Both the position numbers and the translations under genes were made by a program. From a virus (lineage: Duplodnaviria; Caudoviricetes): 34,929 nt of DNA. How positions within the stretch are numbered: the stretch's first letter is position 1; each line of letters begins with the position of its first letter. The notes beneath the pieces are model-generated. The model saw nothing but the letters and a program-made list of their open reading frames with translations. It did no database searches and was not told the origin of the DNA. Positions 24,830 to 34,715 of the stretch are shown here, piece after piece. The stretch covers positions 1 through 34,929 of IMG/VR virus record IMGVR_UViG_3300030090_005317. One strand, given 5' to 3'.

Positions 24830-27800
24830 TTACCGCCTTTTCTTGGTCTTCTTGGTCTTCTTGGTCTTCTTGGGCTTCTTAGACTTCTTAGGATCTTGGA
24901 ATGCTTCGTATACATCTTCCTGAGTTCTTGTTGCTTCAGGGTCCCACGGCTGACTAGGCGACCCAAATGACCTCAGTTTACGCTGCTTGTCCCTATACTT
25001 CTTGCTACTTTCTCTGGAGCTCTCCTTCTTGTCCCGTTCCTTAGCCTTCTTGACATCCCTAGATGTCTTGGCCTTTATTCTTCTGGTCTCTTCCGGCCCA
25101 TACTTCTTTGTCTGAGATTCTAGCATTTCTTCAGGAGTAAGGCCCGAGGGTCGTGTTTTGTAGCGGTCAGTTATCTTTTTGATGACATCATCAACGTTCC
25201 GTCTCCCGTGCTTTTCAAGCAGCCTAAAGAATGCTGACTGTAATTTAGGGTCGAATCCAAAAGCGCCTTGTCGAACCTCATCTATAAGATGCTGAACGCG
25301 TCGTAGTTCGATTGCTTTATTTTCTCTCCTTGTCTTCCAGCCCGCCCTTTGGGTCACTCCGGGCGCATCCTCAATGGCCTGTCTGGTAAACCGCTCCTTT
25401 TCCTCATCTGCAAGTTTCTGTACAGTGTACGGCCCTGACGTCCCCTTACCCTGCGGACCTCGCTTGTAGGTTCTCTGCGGAACCATCTTTTGCTTACCCG
25501 TCTCAGGGTCTATTACAGGTTTTCCCTTAGGATCTACAGCCGGTACCTTCGGGAGGTCTGGGTCGGTTCCGAACTCCTCAAGTGGCCTATACTTCGGAAT
25601 CTGATGCTCCCCAACAAATAAAATGTCCTCATAGTCTTTTGGGGTGTAATGATAGGCCCGATCTATGCGGCTTAAAATTCCCTGAACCATTTCAGGTCTT
25701 TTGAGTTGTTTCGGGTCGAACTCAAGAGTAAAATTCCCCCTCTCGTCCATCAGAACGCCAAACTTTTTAGCAAACTCCTTAGGACTTGTCGCCTCTTTTG
25801 CGGCCCTCGCGGCGGCTCTTCGGCCTTCTTTCGTTTCCGGTGCCCTCTTAAGAGCGGATTCTAAAATCTCTGTCCGAAGGCCGGGGAATGTTTGAACGAC
25901 CTCATACAACTCACCGTGCTTTAATCTTGAAAGGTCTTTTTCAAGATCCAAAAGAACCCGTCCTCGCTGGTCAATCTCAGAAGTTACTGGAACAACCTCC
26001 TCGGCCACTCCTTCACGTGCCGCCTCCTTCCTTCGGGATTTTTCCCTGAAACTCTTGGCCCCCGGAGAGGTCATGGCAGGGCTTTGTGGGTGGCTTCCAA
26101 ATTCAAGGTCGTCAGGGTCAATACCGCCTTTTCGACCGCTATAGAATCCCCTTATAAGGGCATCTGCTGAGTATTTGTTCTGTGCAAGCCACCCCACATT
26201 CTGGAGCCTGTTGAGTTGCATCCTGTACTCAGGGGTCTGCCTAGCCTCTGGAGGGTACTCCGACAGACTACGAGTTGGCTTTGGTGGCCGCAGTGCCCCC
26301 GGTTTGTCACCCGGAAACATCTGATCAAGAGCTTCTTTTGGTGTTTTTCCGGGGACCTTTGTTATTGTACCGCCTTCGGCGGTCCACATCCTCTGTGGCG
26401 AAAAAGCAGATTCTCCCTCTGCCGGGAGCATGCTTGATCGCGGAGCCATGCCCGTACCTTCCCAAGCTGTCCGCTGGGCAGTAGATCCGGGTAGCGCCCC
26501 CTCTTTTGCTTGCTGAGCAGCAGCACGACGAGCAGACATAACGTCCGAAGACGACAGTCCAATTCTTTCAGAAGCGGCAGTTACATCATCCAAGACATTC
26601 CTGAGAAACTGTGACTCACGGCTAGTGAGGAGAGATGAAGTTGGGTCAGTCGGGGGTCCAAGAAAGAGACTGCGTACAACCCCCGAACGAGGCTGGGCAG
26701 TTGGGGGTGCTGTGGGCGCATCACCAAAATGTGCCCTAAAAAGTTCTAGCTGTTCTGGGGTAGCTTCCGTAGATCGGCCGAGATACGGAATGGACGTACT
26801 ACCACTCATCTTTGGCGTGAAGGCCCGAGTCCACAAATTACGCCATGTAGGAATCTCTTTTACTGGGCCAATAAACGGAGGGTCTTGGTATGGGCCAAGA
26901 ATTCTGGCTCTTTCTCCCTTAGTCAGTTTGCTCGGCGACGTATATCGTAGCCAACGACCCCATCCCCGATCTCCACTTCCACCAAACAGTGTGAGCGGTT
27001 CTGGCTTAGCTGGATCTACAAAGCTCTGGTCTGTTATAGCCCTTGGCTCTCTAATGGCAAGCTCTGCCTCTGATCTAACCCGTCTTGCATCCCCAGCCAT
27101 CCTGCCGATCTTTCCAGCAGCTCTGTCCATTACAAACTGCAAGCCCCCGGTTTCTATGCCTTCGCGCCACCCATCATCGGTAACAACCTCCAAAGACGCT
27201 CCGGTGCCCTCTGCTAGGCCAGACCTGATAGCTCGTTGTGTGTATGCGGCCGTTTTCTTGAGTGCACCTTTAGCGGGTATGCTCGCGGGGCTAAGAAGTC
27301 CAGTACCAAGCGCCGTTGCCGCCGACACGGTAGATTTAAACAGGTCGCCTTCAAGAATAACAGACTCATCCATGCCGGGGAGCTTTAGCCGCATAGACGA
27401 TGGTTCAAAGTCTGGGGATATTCCAACCATGCCTTCAGCAATCCCAGAAGCAGACTGCTTAACTGCCTCCCATGGAGTAAGTTCTTTTTTCTGGTAGTAC
27501 CCGCCCGTATACCCTGCACTCCCGTACTCTAATGCATTTGGGTTGTAGTTCTTGAGGTCGGGGTATGAAATTGTTGTTTCCCCCGTTTCCTCGTCAACGA
27601 CCTCTTTGTGTCGTCCGCTAAAACGGAGCATGTCCTGAATATGAGAAAGATCAAACTTAATCCCTGAAAGGCGAGGGGACGCCTCAGGGGGGACAGATCC
27701 ATTGTAAAGGTCAGACAGGAACAGGTCTGATTTAGGCCCAGCTTTTTGAAGAAGAGGCAATATGTCATTTACAAATGCTTCTCTAAACGTGTCGGCAAGC

Positions 27801-28504
27801 TCCATGTCTTCTGGATAGTGGAGCCTGCCCTTTGCCCCTCGTTCAGGGACTTGACTTAGTCTCTTGCTTGGGTCATTAGCAATGCGCGTGCTGGCACTGG
27901 CTTCCGTGCTGACGGGTGCTGTGGGATGGAACGCCAATACGGATGGGTCGTGCCTTGAAATTGGGTTTTCAGGGGTACCTCTTTCCGTAGGGGGTGGTGC
28001 GCTAACAGTAGGGCGTGTGTGCTGACCCTCGCCGGTCGGAACAGCGGCCGGGGAGGGTGATGGGTTAGCCGCCACATAAACCGGGGTATTGACGGGTGTA
28101 TCAGGCGTATCAGGCGTATCGGTGGGCGGTGTCCCCGCCGAAGGGCTCTGTGCAAAGCTCCTTGCGGCATCCTGAATAGAGGGTTGGCTTGGAGATGTGT
28201 CATCTCCAAGTGCTATGTTTAAAAACCTGTCAAGTTTTTCCTGACTAATACGATTCGAAGACAGCAATTCAGACAGGTTAACCAGACTTCCGTTGTCAAT
28301 GCCAGCACTGGAAAAGAAATCAATAGCCTGTGACTCCATTGAAGTCCTGTACCCGCTGGCAAGGACCTTTTCAACCACATCAAGAAAGACTCCCTCTTGG
28401 GCCTCCTTGCTCAACTCTCTGAGGCTACTGGGGCTTAGGTGTTGCTGTACCCTTACAGAGTCTTTCCAGTGTCTGGGTCTGCTTTCAGGTGTCATGTTTG
28501 ACAT
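24830..28504 (-). CDS. Large putative virion protein with a Pro-rich region and Lys-rich C-terminus
   Basis: 1224-aa ORF in the late block; ends in a KKT/KKP repeat. Confidence 0.6.
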   Translation of the reverse strand: MSNMTPESRPRHWKDSVRVQQHLSPSSLRELSKEAQEGVFLDVVEKVLASGYRTSMESQAIDFFSSAGIDNGSLVNLSELLSSNRISQEKLDRFLNIALGDDTSPSQPSIQDAARSFAQSPSAGTPPTDTPDTPDTPVNTPVYVAANPSPSPAAVPTGEGQHTRPTVSAPPPTERGTPENPISRHDPSVLAFHPTAPVSTEASASTRIANDPSKRLSQVPERGAKGRLHYPEDMELADTFREAFVNDILPLLQKAGPKSDLFLSDLYNGSVPPEASPRLSGIKFDLSHIQDMLRFSGRHKEVVDEETGETTISYPDLKNYNPNALEYGSAGYTGGYYQKKELTPWEAVKQSASGIAEGMVGISPDFEPSSMRLKLPGMDESVILEGDLFKSTVSAATALGTGLLSPASIPAKGALKKTAAYTQRAIRSGLAEGTGASLEVVTDDGWREGIETGGLQFVMDRAAGKIGRMAGDARRVRSEAELAIREPRAITDQSFVDPAKPEPLTLFGGSGDRGWGRWLRYTSPSKLTKGERARILGPYQDPPFIGPVKEIPTWRNLWTRAFTPKMSGSTSIPYLGRSTEATPEQLELFRAHFGDAPTAPPTAQPRSGVVRSLFLGPPTDPTSSLLTSRESQFLRNVLDDVTAASERIGLSSSDVMSARRAAAQQAKEGALPGSTAQRTAWEGTGMAPRSSMLPAEGESAFSPQRMWTAEGGTITKVPGKTPKEALDQMFPGDKPGALRPPKPTRSLSEYPPEARQTPEYRMQLNRLQNVGWLAQNKYSADALIRGFYSGRKGGIDPDDLEFGSHPQSPAMTSPGAKSFREKSRRKEAAREGVAEEVVPVTSEIDQRGRVLLDLEKDLSRLKHGELYEVVQTFPGLRTEILESALKRAPETKEGRRAAARAAKEATSPKEFAKKFGVLMDERGNFTLEFDPKQLKRPEMVQGILSRIDRAYHYTPKDYEDILFVGEHQIPKYRPLEEFGTDPDLPKVPAVDPKGKPVIDPETGKQKMVPQRTYKRGPQGKGTSGPYTVQKLADEEKERFTRQAIEDAPGVTQRAGWKTRRENKAIELRRVQHLIDEVRQGAFGFDPKLQSAFFRLLEKHGRRNVDDVIKKITDRYKTRPSGLTPEEMLESQTKKYGPEETRRIKAKTSRDVKKAKERDKKESSRESSKKYRDKQRKLRSFGSPSQPWDPEATRTQEDVYEAFQDPKKSKKPKKTKKTKKTKKRR
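24838..24890. repeat. Coding 9-bp tandem repeat (CTTCTTGGT-like) encoding KKx repeats
   Basis: Visible directly in the sequence. Confidence 0.8.
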
Positions 28505-28600
28505 GAACTACGCCTCAAAAGGTTTTTAGGTACTCCAGTGTCTGTACAGTGTACCACACATATACCGTGTCAGTTCGCCACGGAAGGCTGAGATTCGGGT

Positions 28601-30205
28601 CTATGGCTTTAGTAGACGTCTGATTCTGTTGGCTTCTTCGTCGGGCTGCAATGGAGTCGCAGTTATCGGGCCACCACCGCCCGCATTATCGGTGCCATAT
28701 GGGGCTTGCGACGCACGCGCTTCGTCCGCTAGTAATTCGTTGTAGTTCTGAACACGTAGCATAAACAGTCTCTTGGCTTCTTTGGCTATCTCGGGATTTG
28801 ACGACTGGTCTAGAATCTTGGCCTCTATGAGGCTAGATGCCTCTTCCGCCTTATCAGGGCTGATCGGCAGACCGTCGTTAAAGGGGTCTTTAAGAGACGG
28901 AGTATCGTTCAATAAATCATTCAGTTTTTGCTCGGCAAAGTCAATGATCTGGGCCTCTGTGTTGGCATTCGTCATACTACGTGCCATAAATAAAACTTCT
29001 GGAAGTTTATCCTGAACGCCCCTCAGGGCTTCCGAGGCTGATGTTCCGTAATTGTCGTTACCAAGAATCATAGTAACAAGACCGGGAACGATTTTTTCCA
29101 TTAGTTCCGCTGATCTAGAGCTCTGCATTGCCGACTCTACCTGTTCGTACATCGCGGCATATGCTTCATCGCCTTCTGGCGTATCTATAAGATTCTGATT
29201 TTGATATGTTGATATAAGTTGGTTTATAAATGCTTCTTTGCTGAGGAAGCCACTCATAAACTGAGCATGCAGACTAGAAAGTCTTTTAATCTCCCTCTCT
29301 TCCGCAAGGTCTGTTTCCCTATTAATACCAAGTTGCGTTAGATGTCTTTGTTTATCCCTATCTAACTGATTCTGTATCAGTTCTTGGGATTTATCCTGAA
29401 GCAAGTGGGCAATGGCCCTCGCCTGTGGCGTACCTTGTTCGCCAGTGTATTCAGCTGCTGTTATCCTTCCCGCTTTATCCTTGGTCAAGGATACATCCGA
29501 ATCAATGCCGTATACGCTAATAGCTGAAAATAACTCGCCAACGCTTCCAGCGTTTACAATTGCGTTAAGCGCGGCTTCATTTTTTTCGGTAAGCTTAATC
29601 TCAAGCTGTCCCAAAAGGCTTTGGCGAGTTGCGTCATCAATTAGGCCGCGTCTCTGAAGATCGTCAAGTTGGGCAGTTGCCTCTTCATTAGAGAGCTTAT
29701 TGGAAAGCAAATCTACGCTCCAATCACGCAACACCGATGCCTTCAGAAGAGCGTTATCAGCAGAATCGACATCAGCCTGTGAAAGCGGATTTTCGGTACT
29801 GTCAACGACATCTTTAAGATACCTTCCTGCACGGCTAAGCTCGCCGTTTGATATGGCCTCATAATACTCGCTTAGAATATCTCTTCTACGCGTTATAGTT
29901 CTGGTTTTTTTTGTATCCTCCGCGGCCAGCCTCTGAAGCTCTACCTGCTCATTCCTGTAGTCAATCTCCTCTTGTTTCAGTCTGGCCTCTTCCTGTTGCC
30001 GAAAGCCTTCAGCCATCCCGCCAAGGAGGCCAGATCCCGCCTGAGCCATACCGCGCCCGAAACTGCCACCCTTGGCCGCGCCGATACCCATAGCGGCGGT
30101 GCCAGCAAGAAGAGGAAGAAGGGTTGACAGTATATCGACCTTGCCGTCCTCGCCCTTTCTGGCTTGGACCTCCCCGGGACTAATAGTCTCTTCTTCCGTG
30201 GCCAT
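28601..30205 (-). CDS. Putative DNA-transfer/ejection protein
   Basis: 534 aa; N-terminal Gly-rich hydrophobic segment followed by coiled coils. Confidence 0.55.
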   Translation of the reverse strand: MATEEETISPGEVQARKGEDGKVDILSTLLPLLAGTAAMGIGAAKGGSFGRGMAQAGSGLLGGMAEGFRQQEEARLKQEEIDYRNEQVELQRLAAEDTKKTRTITRRRDILSEYYEAISNGELSRAGRYLKDVVDSTENPLSQADVDSADNALLKASVLRDWSVDLLSNKLSNEEATAQLDDLQRRGLIDDATRQSLLGQLEIKLTEKNEAALNAIVNAGSVGELFSAISVYGIDSDVSLTKDKAGRITAAEYTGEQGTPQARAIAHLLQDKSQELIQNQLDRDKQRHLTQLGINRETDLAEEREIKRLSSLHAQFMSGFLSKEAFINQLISTYQNQNLIDTPEGDEAYAAMYEQVESAMQSSRSAELMEKIVPGLVTMILGNDNYGTSASEALRGVQDKLPEVLFMARSMTNANTEAQIIDFAEQKLNDLLNDTPSLKDPFNDGLPISPDKAEEASSLIEAKILDQSSNPEIAKEAKRLFMLRVQNYNELLADEARASQAPYGTDNAGGGGPITATPLQPDEEANRIRRLLKP

Positions 30206-33200
30206 TACTTTTTCCTTCGCTTAGAATTGGCACTAATCTTCCTCTCAAGAGCAGAAAGCTTCTTTTTCTGCTTCTTGAACTCTGAGTTGAGCTGCTTTGT
30301 CGCGGCCATCGTCACACCCACGCCATCTACGACAGCAATGGCCTTGTCGTCACTTCCCAAGTTAAATGCCTTCTTGAAGTCCTGAGCCATTGGACCTAAG
30401 TGCCTGATACCCTTTGGTTCTGATTTGTATCGCCACGTTGAAACAGGCATATCATCAAGACGGTCTAAGACATCCTTTCCGGTCTTGATGTCCTCAACAT
30501 CAGTCTTCGTGTTTACGTCACTCACAATTTTAAGCGGGAAGATGTCCGTTTTTATGTTTTTGTCAGAGGGTAAAAGGCTTGCAATGGTAGCCGCAGTGGT
30601 CGCAAAGCCCATGAACTTGCCAAACGTGCCCGCGTCTTTGTTGGTTGCTATCTGTCCTACCGCTCCCATGCCAGCAGAGATAATATTTGCCCACGCTTCA
30701 GCGTTGTCTCCTTCAAGCTTTGCGGCAAGCTGGTCCCTGTTTAACCCCAATGTCTCAGCAAACCTATCCATCTGGCCTTCAAGAGCCTCATTAAACTGCC
30801 TTCTGGACTCATCAAAGCTCAAGCGATCAAGGTTTGGAACGGCAAATCGAGAAACCCTTTCACCGCCTATTTTAATAGTTCGCCCTGAGACGGTGGCAAA
30901 GGTAATCTCGTCGCCTGTCTTGTTTCCATCGGCATCAAAAACATCATTTATGCTTAATACGGTGCCCCTTTCGTACTCATTTCCATCCCTATCAAGAAGC
31001 CCTACTTCCATGCCAATAGGGGCAGTTTTTAGGGCCTGAACGGTCTCTACGGGTTCTCCGTTTTCGTCAAACACATATCCCGTAACCTGAGTCATAAACT
31101 GCTGCGCCCGTTGCTTGAACTCTTTGTCAACGCCACGAGCGGCCGCTCGAATCTTGTCCTCTTCAATGCCGGTCTCCGCAGAGAGCTTTGAAACCTTCCC
31201 CGGCTTTCGGAACATCCAAGCCGATTGCGGAGAACTGGGATCGCCTATGACTTCAAAATCATCCGAGTTGGTAATCTGCGACCAATCGTTAAGGTCTATT
31301 ACGCCATTGTCATCCCAATCGAAGTCGCGCCTGTAGTTGTCATCACCCGCTCTGGAATTGAACGCTTCGTCAAATTCGGCACCCGATGTTGAGACGGGCA
31401 TCACGTCAAGAAATGTATTCGCATCGGTGATCATGTTGTTGAATTTGCGCTGAGACTCCTGAACCGTTCTCTGGCCATCGAACATACCAGTAATCCCAGA
31501 TTCCATAACCTTTTCCTGAAACCTGCTTTCGGCTAATTCCCTTTGGACTTTTTGGCCCTGAAGGGTGTAGGCGGCAGTCCCTTGCCCGATACGGCTCATC
31601 TCGTTCCAATCCTGAACCGTAATCTCTCCGTCTTCATTAAAGTCATAGCTCTGGTCGAAGTTAGCATCGCCAGCCTTCGAGTTCATAGCCCCCTGAAAGG
31701 CATTGACCTGATCAAGACTAAAGGAATTTATTACTCCTGTAACTTCGGCTTCTGTTACATTCTGGCCAAATGCCTGTGCTTGCTGGTCTAGGTTCGCACG
31801 GAAGGTCTCAATATTTGCTCTTTGTTCTGCGGTAAACCGACTCACGTCTTCCGTTGCCTGACGTGCTTGAGCACCAGAAATAGCGGCAATACCGCCAAGC
31901 CTCTCCTGTTGTAGCTGTCCTTCTAATTCGCCCAATTGGCGCTGTTCTTCTGCGCCAACCGTACCAAGGAGCCTGATAGACCGGCCCGACCCTCCCTCTC
32001 CAGACAGGCCAGCCATCCTCTGAACAATTTCGCGCTGTCTTTGGGCTTCGGATCTTATGGTTTCTTTTCGGGCTTTTCTGGCCTGTGGATCTGTGCTTTT
32101 TGTAAACTCCTTCGCAAGCGCCTGAACATTTGACTGAAGTCCAGCAGTCCCAGTTGATAGTCCGGCACCATCATCTATCCCTTCAGTTCCGGTGGTGCGA
32201 AATGCGCCGCTAACGCTGGGGGGTACTGGCAGGGGTGCTTCGTCTTTGCCGGGATCTCCAGCATTGCCAGACGCGTCACCAGACGCGTCACCAGCCGCGC
32301 CACCAAGACCCAAGTCAAGCCCGGGTGCCCCACCGCCGCCAGCTCCGACTCCAGGTCTACCCACGGACCCACGGGCGTCAGTTCCGCTTCCCACACCAGA
32401 TGGGCCAGATGGCCTGAACACGTTTTCGTTTTGTGGTGCCCCCCCCGGCATAGTGAGCGAACCATCTGCATACAATTCAAGCAGATATTGGCCAGATACT
32501 GACCCACCTTGTGGTAGTTGGTAATTACCGTCCCCCAAGGAGGCCAAGCCATATTTTTGAGCAACTTCGTCGGCTGTCATTGCTTGTTCGTTGGTCTGGT
32601 TCATGTTGTTTTGGCCAAGCTCGTTTGCTGTAGGGTACAGGGCGTCGTCGTTTACAAAACCAGTATTATTTAAGTTCAAGGATGGGCCACCAGTGCCACC
32701 GGCGCCCGTTCTGGTGGTCGGAGAGCGCTCTCTCCAACTCCAATCATCGCCGCCACTTCCATCATCGCCGCCACTAGCATCGTCTGCGTAATCATCTGGT
32801 GGCGTCCAGTGACCAGAAGAATCCCGTGATTCGGGACCCCCCGGCTTTGTGCTTGAGGACGCAGGAGGGTCAGTAGGAGGGGGAGGGTCAGTAGGAGGGG
32901 GAGGGTCAGTAGGAGGGGGAGGGTCAGTAGGAGGGGGAGGGTCAGTGGGAGGGGGAGGGTCAGTAACGTTCTGGTTGTCAGACTTAAAGCCCCTTTCAAC
33001 ATCAACAGAATCAAAGCCCATCTCAACCAACTGACGCCTAATATCGTCATCACTGTGTCCGTAAGACCGAAATCTCGAAACAAAGTCTACCCATTCGGTG
33101 TCTGTCTTCGAGGCCCCTTGTGACCTGTAGTCTATTGTGTCGCTCTCACCCGCCTGAGGGGGTGCGTCATCCTGTGGAGCAGGGCCCAACGAACCATCAG

Positions 33201-33771
33201 CATGCATTCTTAGAAGTGCTTCACCGGTAACCGATCCGCCAGCTGGACCAAGGGAATACATTCCACCGCCGAGGTCTTCCAGCCCAAAATCCTCAGCAAT
33301 TCTAGCGGCCGTAATAGACACACCCGACGAGCCCGTACCACTATCTATAGGACCTGTTGGACCCGTTGGACCACCCGCGTTGGTACCCTGCGGCGACTGT
33401 GTCGCAGCTGGCCTCGACAGTGCTCCAGTAGGTGCGGCAGAGGCGGGTGCGGGTGCTTGAGGGCTCGGCGCGGTGGCGGTATTGGGGGGTGGTGACCCTG
33501 CGGGGGTGGGGTTGTTCTGCTGTTCTGGGGTTGGTTCTGGTGGCCTTCTGTATCCGTCAGCCATCCTTACACGGGCTACAAACGGTGGGTTAGAAAAGGA
33601 CCCGTCTGGTCGACGACCCAAATGGCTTCCAAAGTTCAAAACGTTGAGAACCTGAACAAAGTCATCTGGGTTTCCGCCATCGGCTTGCACTATGCGTTGC
33701 GTCCGTGCAATGTCGTCAGGGTGGATGTCGCTGGGGTTGTTTAAGTCAAACCCTCTGTAATAATATCCCAT
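30205..33771 (-). CDS. Large virion protein with dockerin/EF-hand-like motifs and a C-terminal peptidase S74 (ICA) chaperone domain
   Basis: C-terminus SDKNIKTDI...PVSTWRYK...HLGPMAQDF...DGVGVTMAATKQL; two DxN/DxDxxGxIxxxD loops; TDPPPP repeats. Confidence 0.75.
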   Translation of the reverse strand: MGYYYRGFDLNNPSDIHPDDIARTQRIVQADGGNPDDFVQVLNVLNFGSHLGRRPDGSFSNPPFVARVRMADGYRRPPEPTPEQQNNPTPAGSPPPNTATAPSPQAPAPASAAPTGALSRPAATQSPQGTNAGGPTGPTGPIDSGTGSSGVSITAARIAEDFGLEDLGGGMYSLGPAGGSVTGEALLRMHADGSLGPAPQDDAPPQAGESDTIDYRSQGASKTDTEWVDFVSRFRSYGHSDDDIRRQLVEMGFDSVDVERGFKSDNQNVTDPPPPTDPPPPTDPPPPTDPPPPTDPPPPTDPPASSSTKPGGPESRDSSGHWTPPDDYADDASGGDDGSGGDDWSWRERSPTTRTGAGGTGGPSLNLNNTGFVNDDALYPTANELGQNNMNQTNEQAMTADEVAQKYGLASLGDGNYQLPQGGSVSGQYLLELYADGSLTMPGGAPQNENVFRPSGPSGVGSGTDARGSVGRPGVGAGGGGAPGLDLGLGGAAGDASGDASGNAGDPGKDEAPLPVPPSVSGAFRTTGTEGIDDGAGLSTGTAGLQSNVQALAKEFTKSTDPQARKARKETIRSEAQRQREIVQRMAGLSGEGGSGRSIRLLGTVGAEEQRQLGELEGQLQQERLGGIAAISGAQARQATEDVSRFTAEQRANIETFRANLDQQAQAFGQNVTEAEVTGVINSFSLDQVNAFQGAMNSKAGDANFDQSYDFNEDGEITVQDWNEMSRIGQGTAAYTLQGQKVQRELAESRFQEKVMESGITGMFDGQRTVQESQRKFNNMITDANTFLDVMPVSTSGAEFDEAFNSRAGDDNYRRDFDWDDNGVIDLNDWSQITNSDDFEVIGDPSSPQSAWMFRKPGKVSKLSAETGIEEDKIRAAARGVDKEFKQRAQQFMTQVTGYVFDENGEPVETVQALKTAPIGMEVGLLDRDGNEYERGTVLSINDVFDADGNKTGDEITFATVSGRTIKIGGERVSRFAVPNLDRLSFDESRRQFNEALEGQMDRFAETLGLNRDQLAAKLEGDNAEAWANIISAGMGAVGQIATNKDAGTFGKFMGFATTAATIASLLPSDKNIKTDIFPLKIVSDVNTKTDVEDIKTGKDVLDRLDDMPVSTWRYKSEPKGIRHLGPMAQDFKKAFNLGSDDKAIAVVDGVGVTMAATKQLNSEFKKQKKKLSALERKISANSKRRKK
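32863..32964. repeat. Coding 18-bp tandem repeat (about 5.5 copies) encoding TDPPPP
   Basis: AGGAGGGGGAGGGTCAGT units. Confidence 0.9.
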
Positions 33772-33773
33772 GT

Positions 33774-34187
33774 TTACTGTCCCTCTGTCCCTCTGTTCTG
33801 GACAAGCTCAAAGTGGGGTAAGTCGTCAAAATTATTATCCCTTACTTTCCAATCCCTATTCCAATCTCCACCCCATCTCAGAATGATGCCATGCTGATCA
33901 GCAACGCCCATAACGTAACCAGCAAAATAATTAAAACGCTCTCTGTCAGTCCAATCGATAGGATACGGGACCACATCCACGGCCAGAGACGGTGACTGAT
34001 TATGCTTACTGTCAGGCCACTGAACGTGCGAACGGCCCATCCTAAAAAGCTCATTCTGTGTTTCCTCGTCCCGGTATCCAGTTAGAACTGCACAGTCAAA
34101 AACCCTAACGACCTCATTCAGCACCAACTGAATCCGGTCGTCGCATTCACTGAGTCTACGCAGTGAGGCGGTGCCAAATTTGGGCAT
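33774..34187 (-). CDS. Endolysin, M15 family L-Ala-D-Glu peptidase
   Basis: GYRDEETQ...SKHN...SLAVD...LRWGGDW...DLPHFEL. Confidence 0.9.
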   Translation of the reverse strand: MPKFGTASLRRLSECDDRIQLVLNEVVRVFDCAVLTGYRDEETQNELFRMGRSHVQWPDSKHNQSPSLAVDVVPYPIDWTDRERFNYFAGYVMGVADQHGIILRWGGDWNRDWKVRDNNFDDLPHFELVQNRGTEGQ

Positions 34188-34558
34188 CAGATTTCCTCAT
34201 TCCGCTTTGATATATATGTCTGAAGGGGGATCAGCACCGCACTCACAACGCCACTTAGTAGCAGGTATGGCGTGAACGATCCGTCATTCAGTGAGGCTGG
34301 GATGGCTATACCCAATGCGATGAAATTGGACAGAACGGAATTCCAAGCTGATTTCGCAATAATCTTTTTACTCTTGGCATCAATGACGCCCTTCTTCTTT
34401 TTCTGAACACGTATCAGCCTAGTGTTGCTATAACGCAACTCCGCATTCCGGGACATCGAATCAGACAGTCCACCCCTGACGCGTTGCAACTCCTCTTCCA
34501 AATCATAGCATTTATTTACAAGCGCCCTCTGGCTCATCTGCTCGTATCTGAGATTCAT
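34187..34558 (-). CDS. Coiled-coil protein with two C-terminal TM helices (lysis-associated membrane protein candidate)
   Basis: Part of ORF 34187..34645; hydrophobic segments SVLSNFIALGIAIPASL and YLLLSGVVSAVLIPL; start uncertain. Confidence 0.55.
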   Translation of the reverse strand: MNLRYEQMSQRALVNKCYDLEEELQRVRGGLSDSMSRNAELRYSNTRLIRVQKKKKGVIDAKSKKIIAKSAWNSVLSNFIALGIAIPASLNDGSFTPYLLLSGVVSAVLIPLQTYISKRNEEI

Positions 34559-34715
34559 GCATCGGTCGATTCGCTTTCCGCTCCAGCCCCGCCTTCTGAG
34601 CCTTCCACGCGCTTTTCTTCGCGTACGCCCACGGGCCACCGACAACTAGGCGCATAGCCTTTACGTCGTTCACCCTGCGTATCTCGTCCGTCTGTGTGTT
34701 CCGAATACACTTCAC
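34512..34715 (-). CDS. Small hypothetical protein
   Basis: GTG start overlaps the holin TGA; GAGG SD. Confidence 0.55.
   Translation of the reverse strand: MKCIRNTQTDEIRRVNDVKAMRLVVGGPWAYAKKSAWKAQKAGLERKANRPMHESQIRADEPEGACK

Larger units (their letters stand above)
1328..28554. repeat. Dispersed 11-bp palindrome GTACA(G/C)TGTAC, 25 perfect copies
   Basis: Copies start at 1328, 1665, 2768, 2801, 3057, 3558, 4551, 5344, 5673, 6039, 6613, 8076, 9188, 10639, 12796, 12942, 13950, 15017, 15789, 17126, 17752, 18833, 21076, 25420, 28544; variants near 4571 and 8984. Confidence 0.95.

Noticed and set aside
1328-28554. Palindrome as a LexA or NtcA box
   Set aside because: GTAC-N3-GTAC spacing differs from GTAC-N4-GTWC-type LexA boxes and the GTA-N8-TAC NtcA site; the invariant core and many intragenic copies are atypical
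22210-33655. Numerous plus-strand ORFs (e.g. 22869..23702, 26625..27497, 30425..31039)
   Set aside because: Antisense shadows of the long minus-strand virion genes
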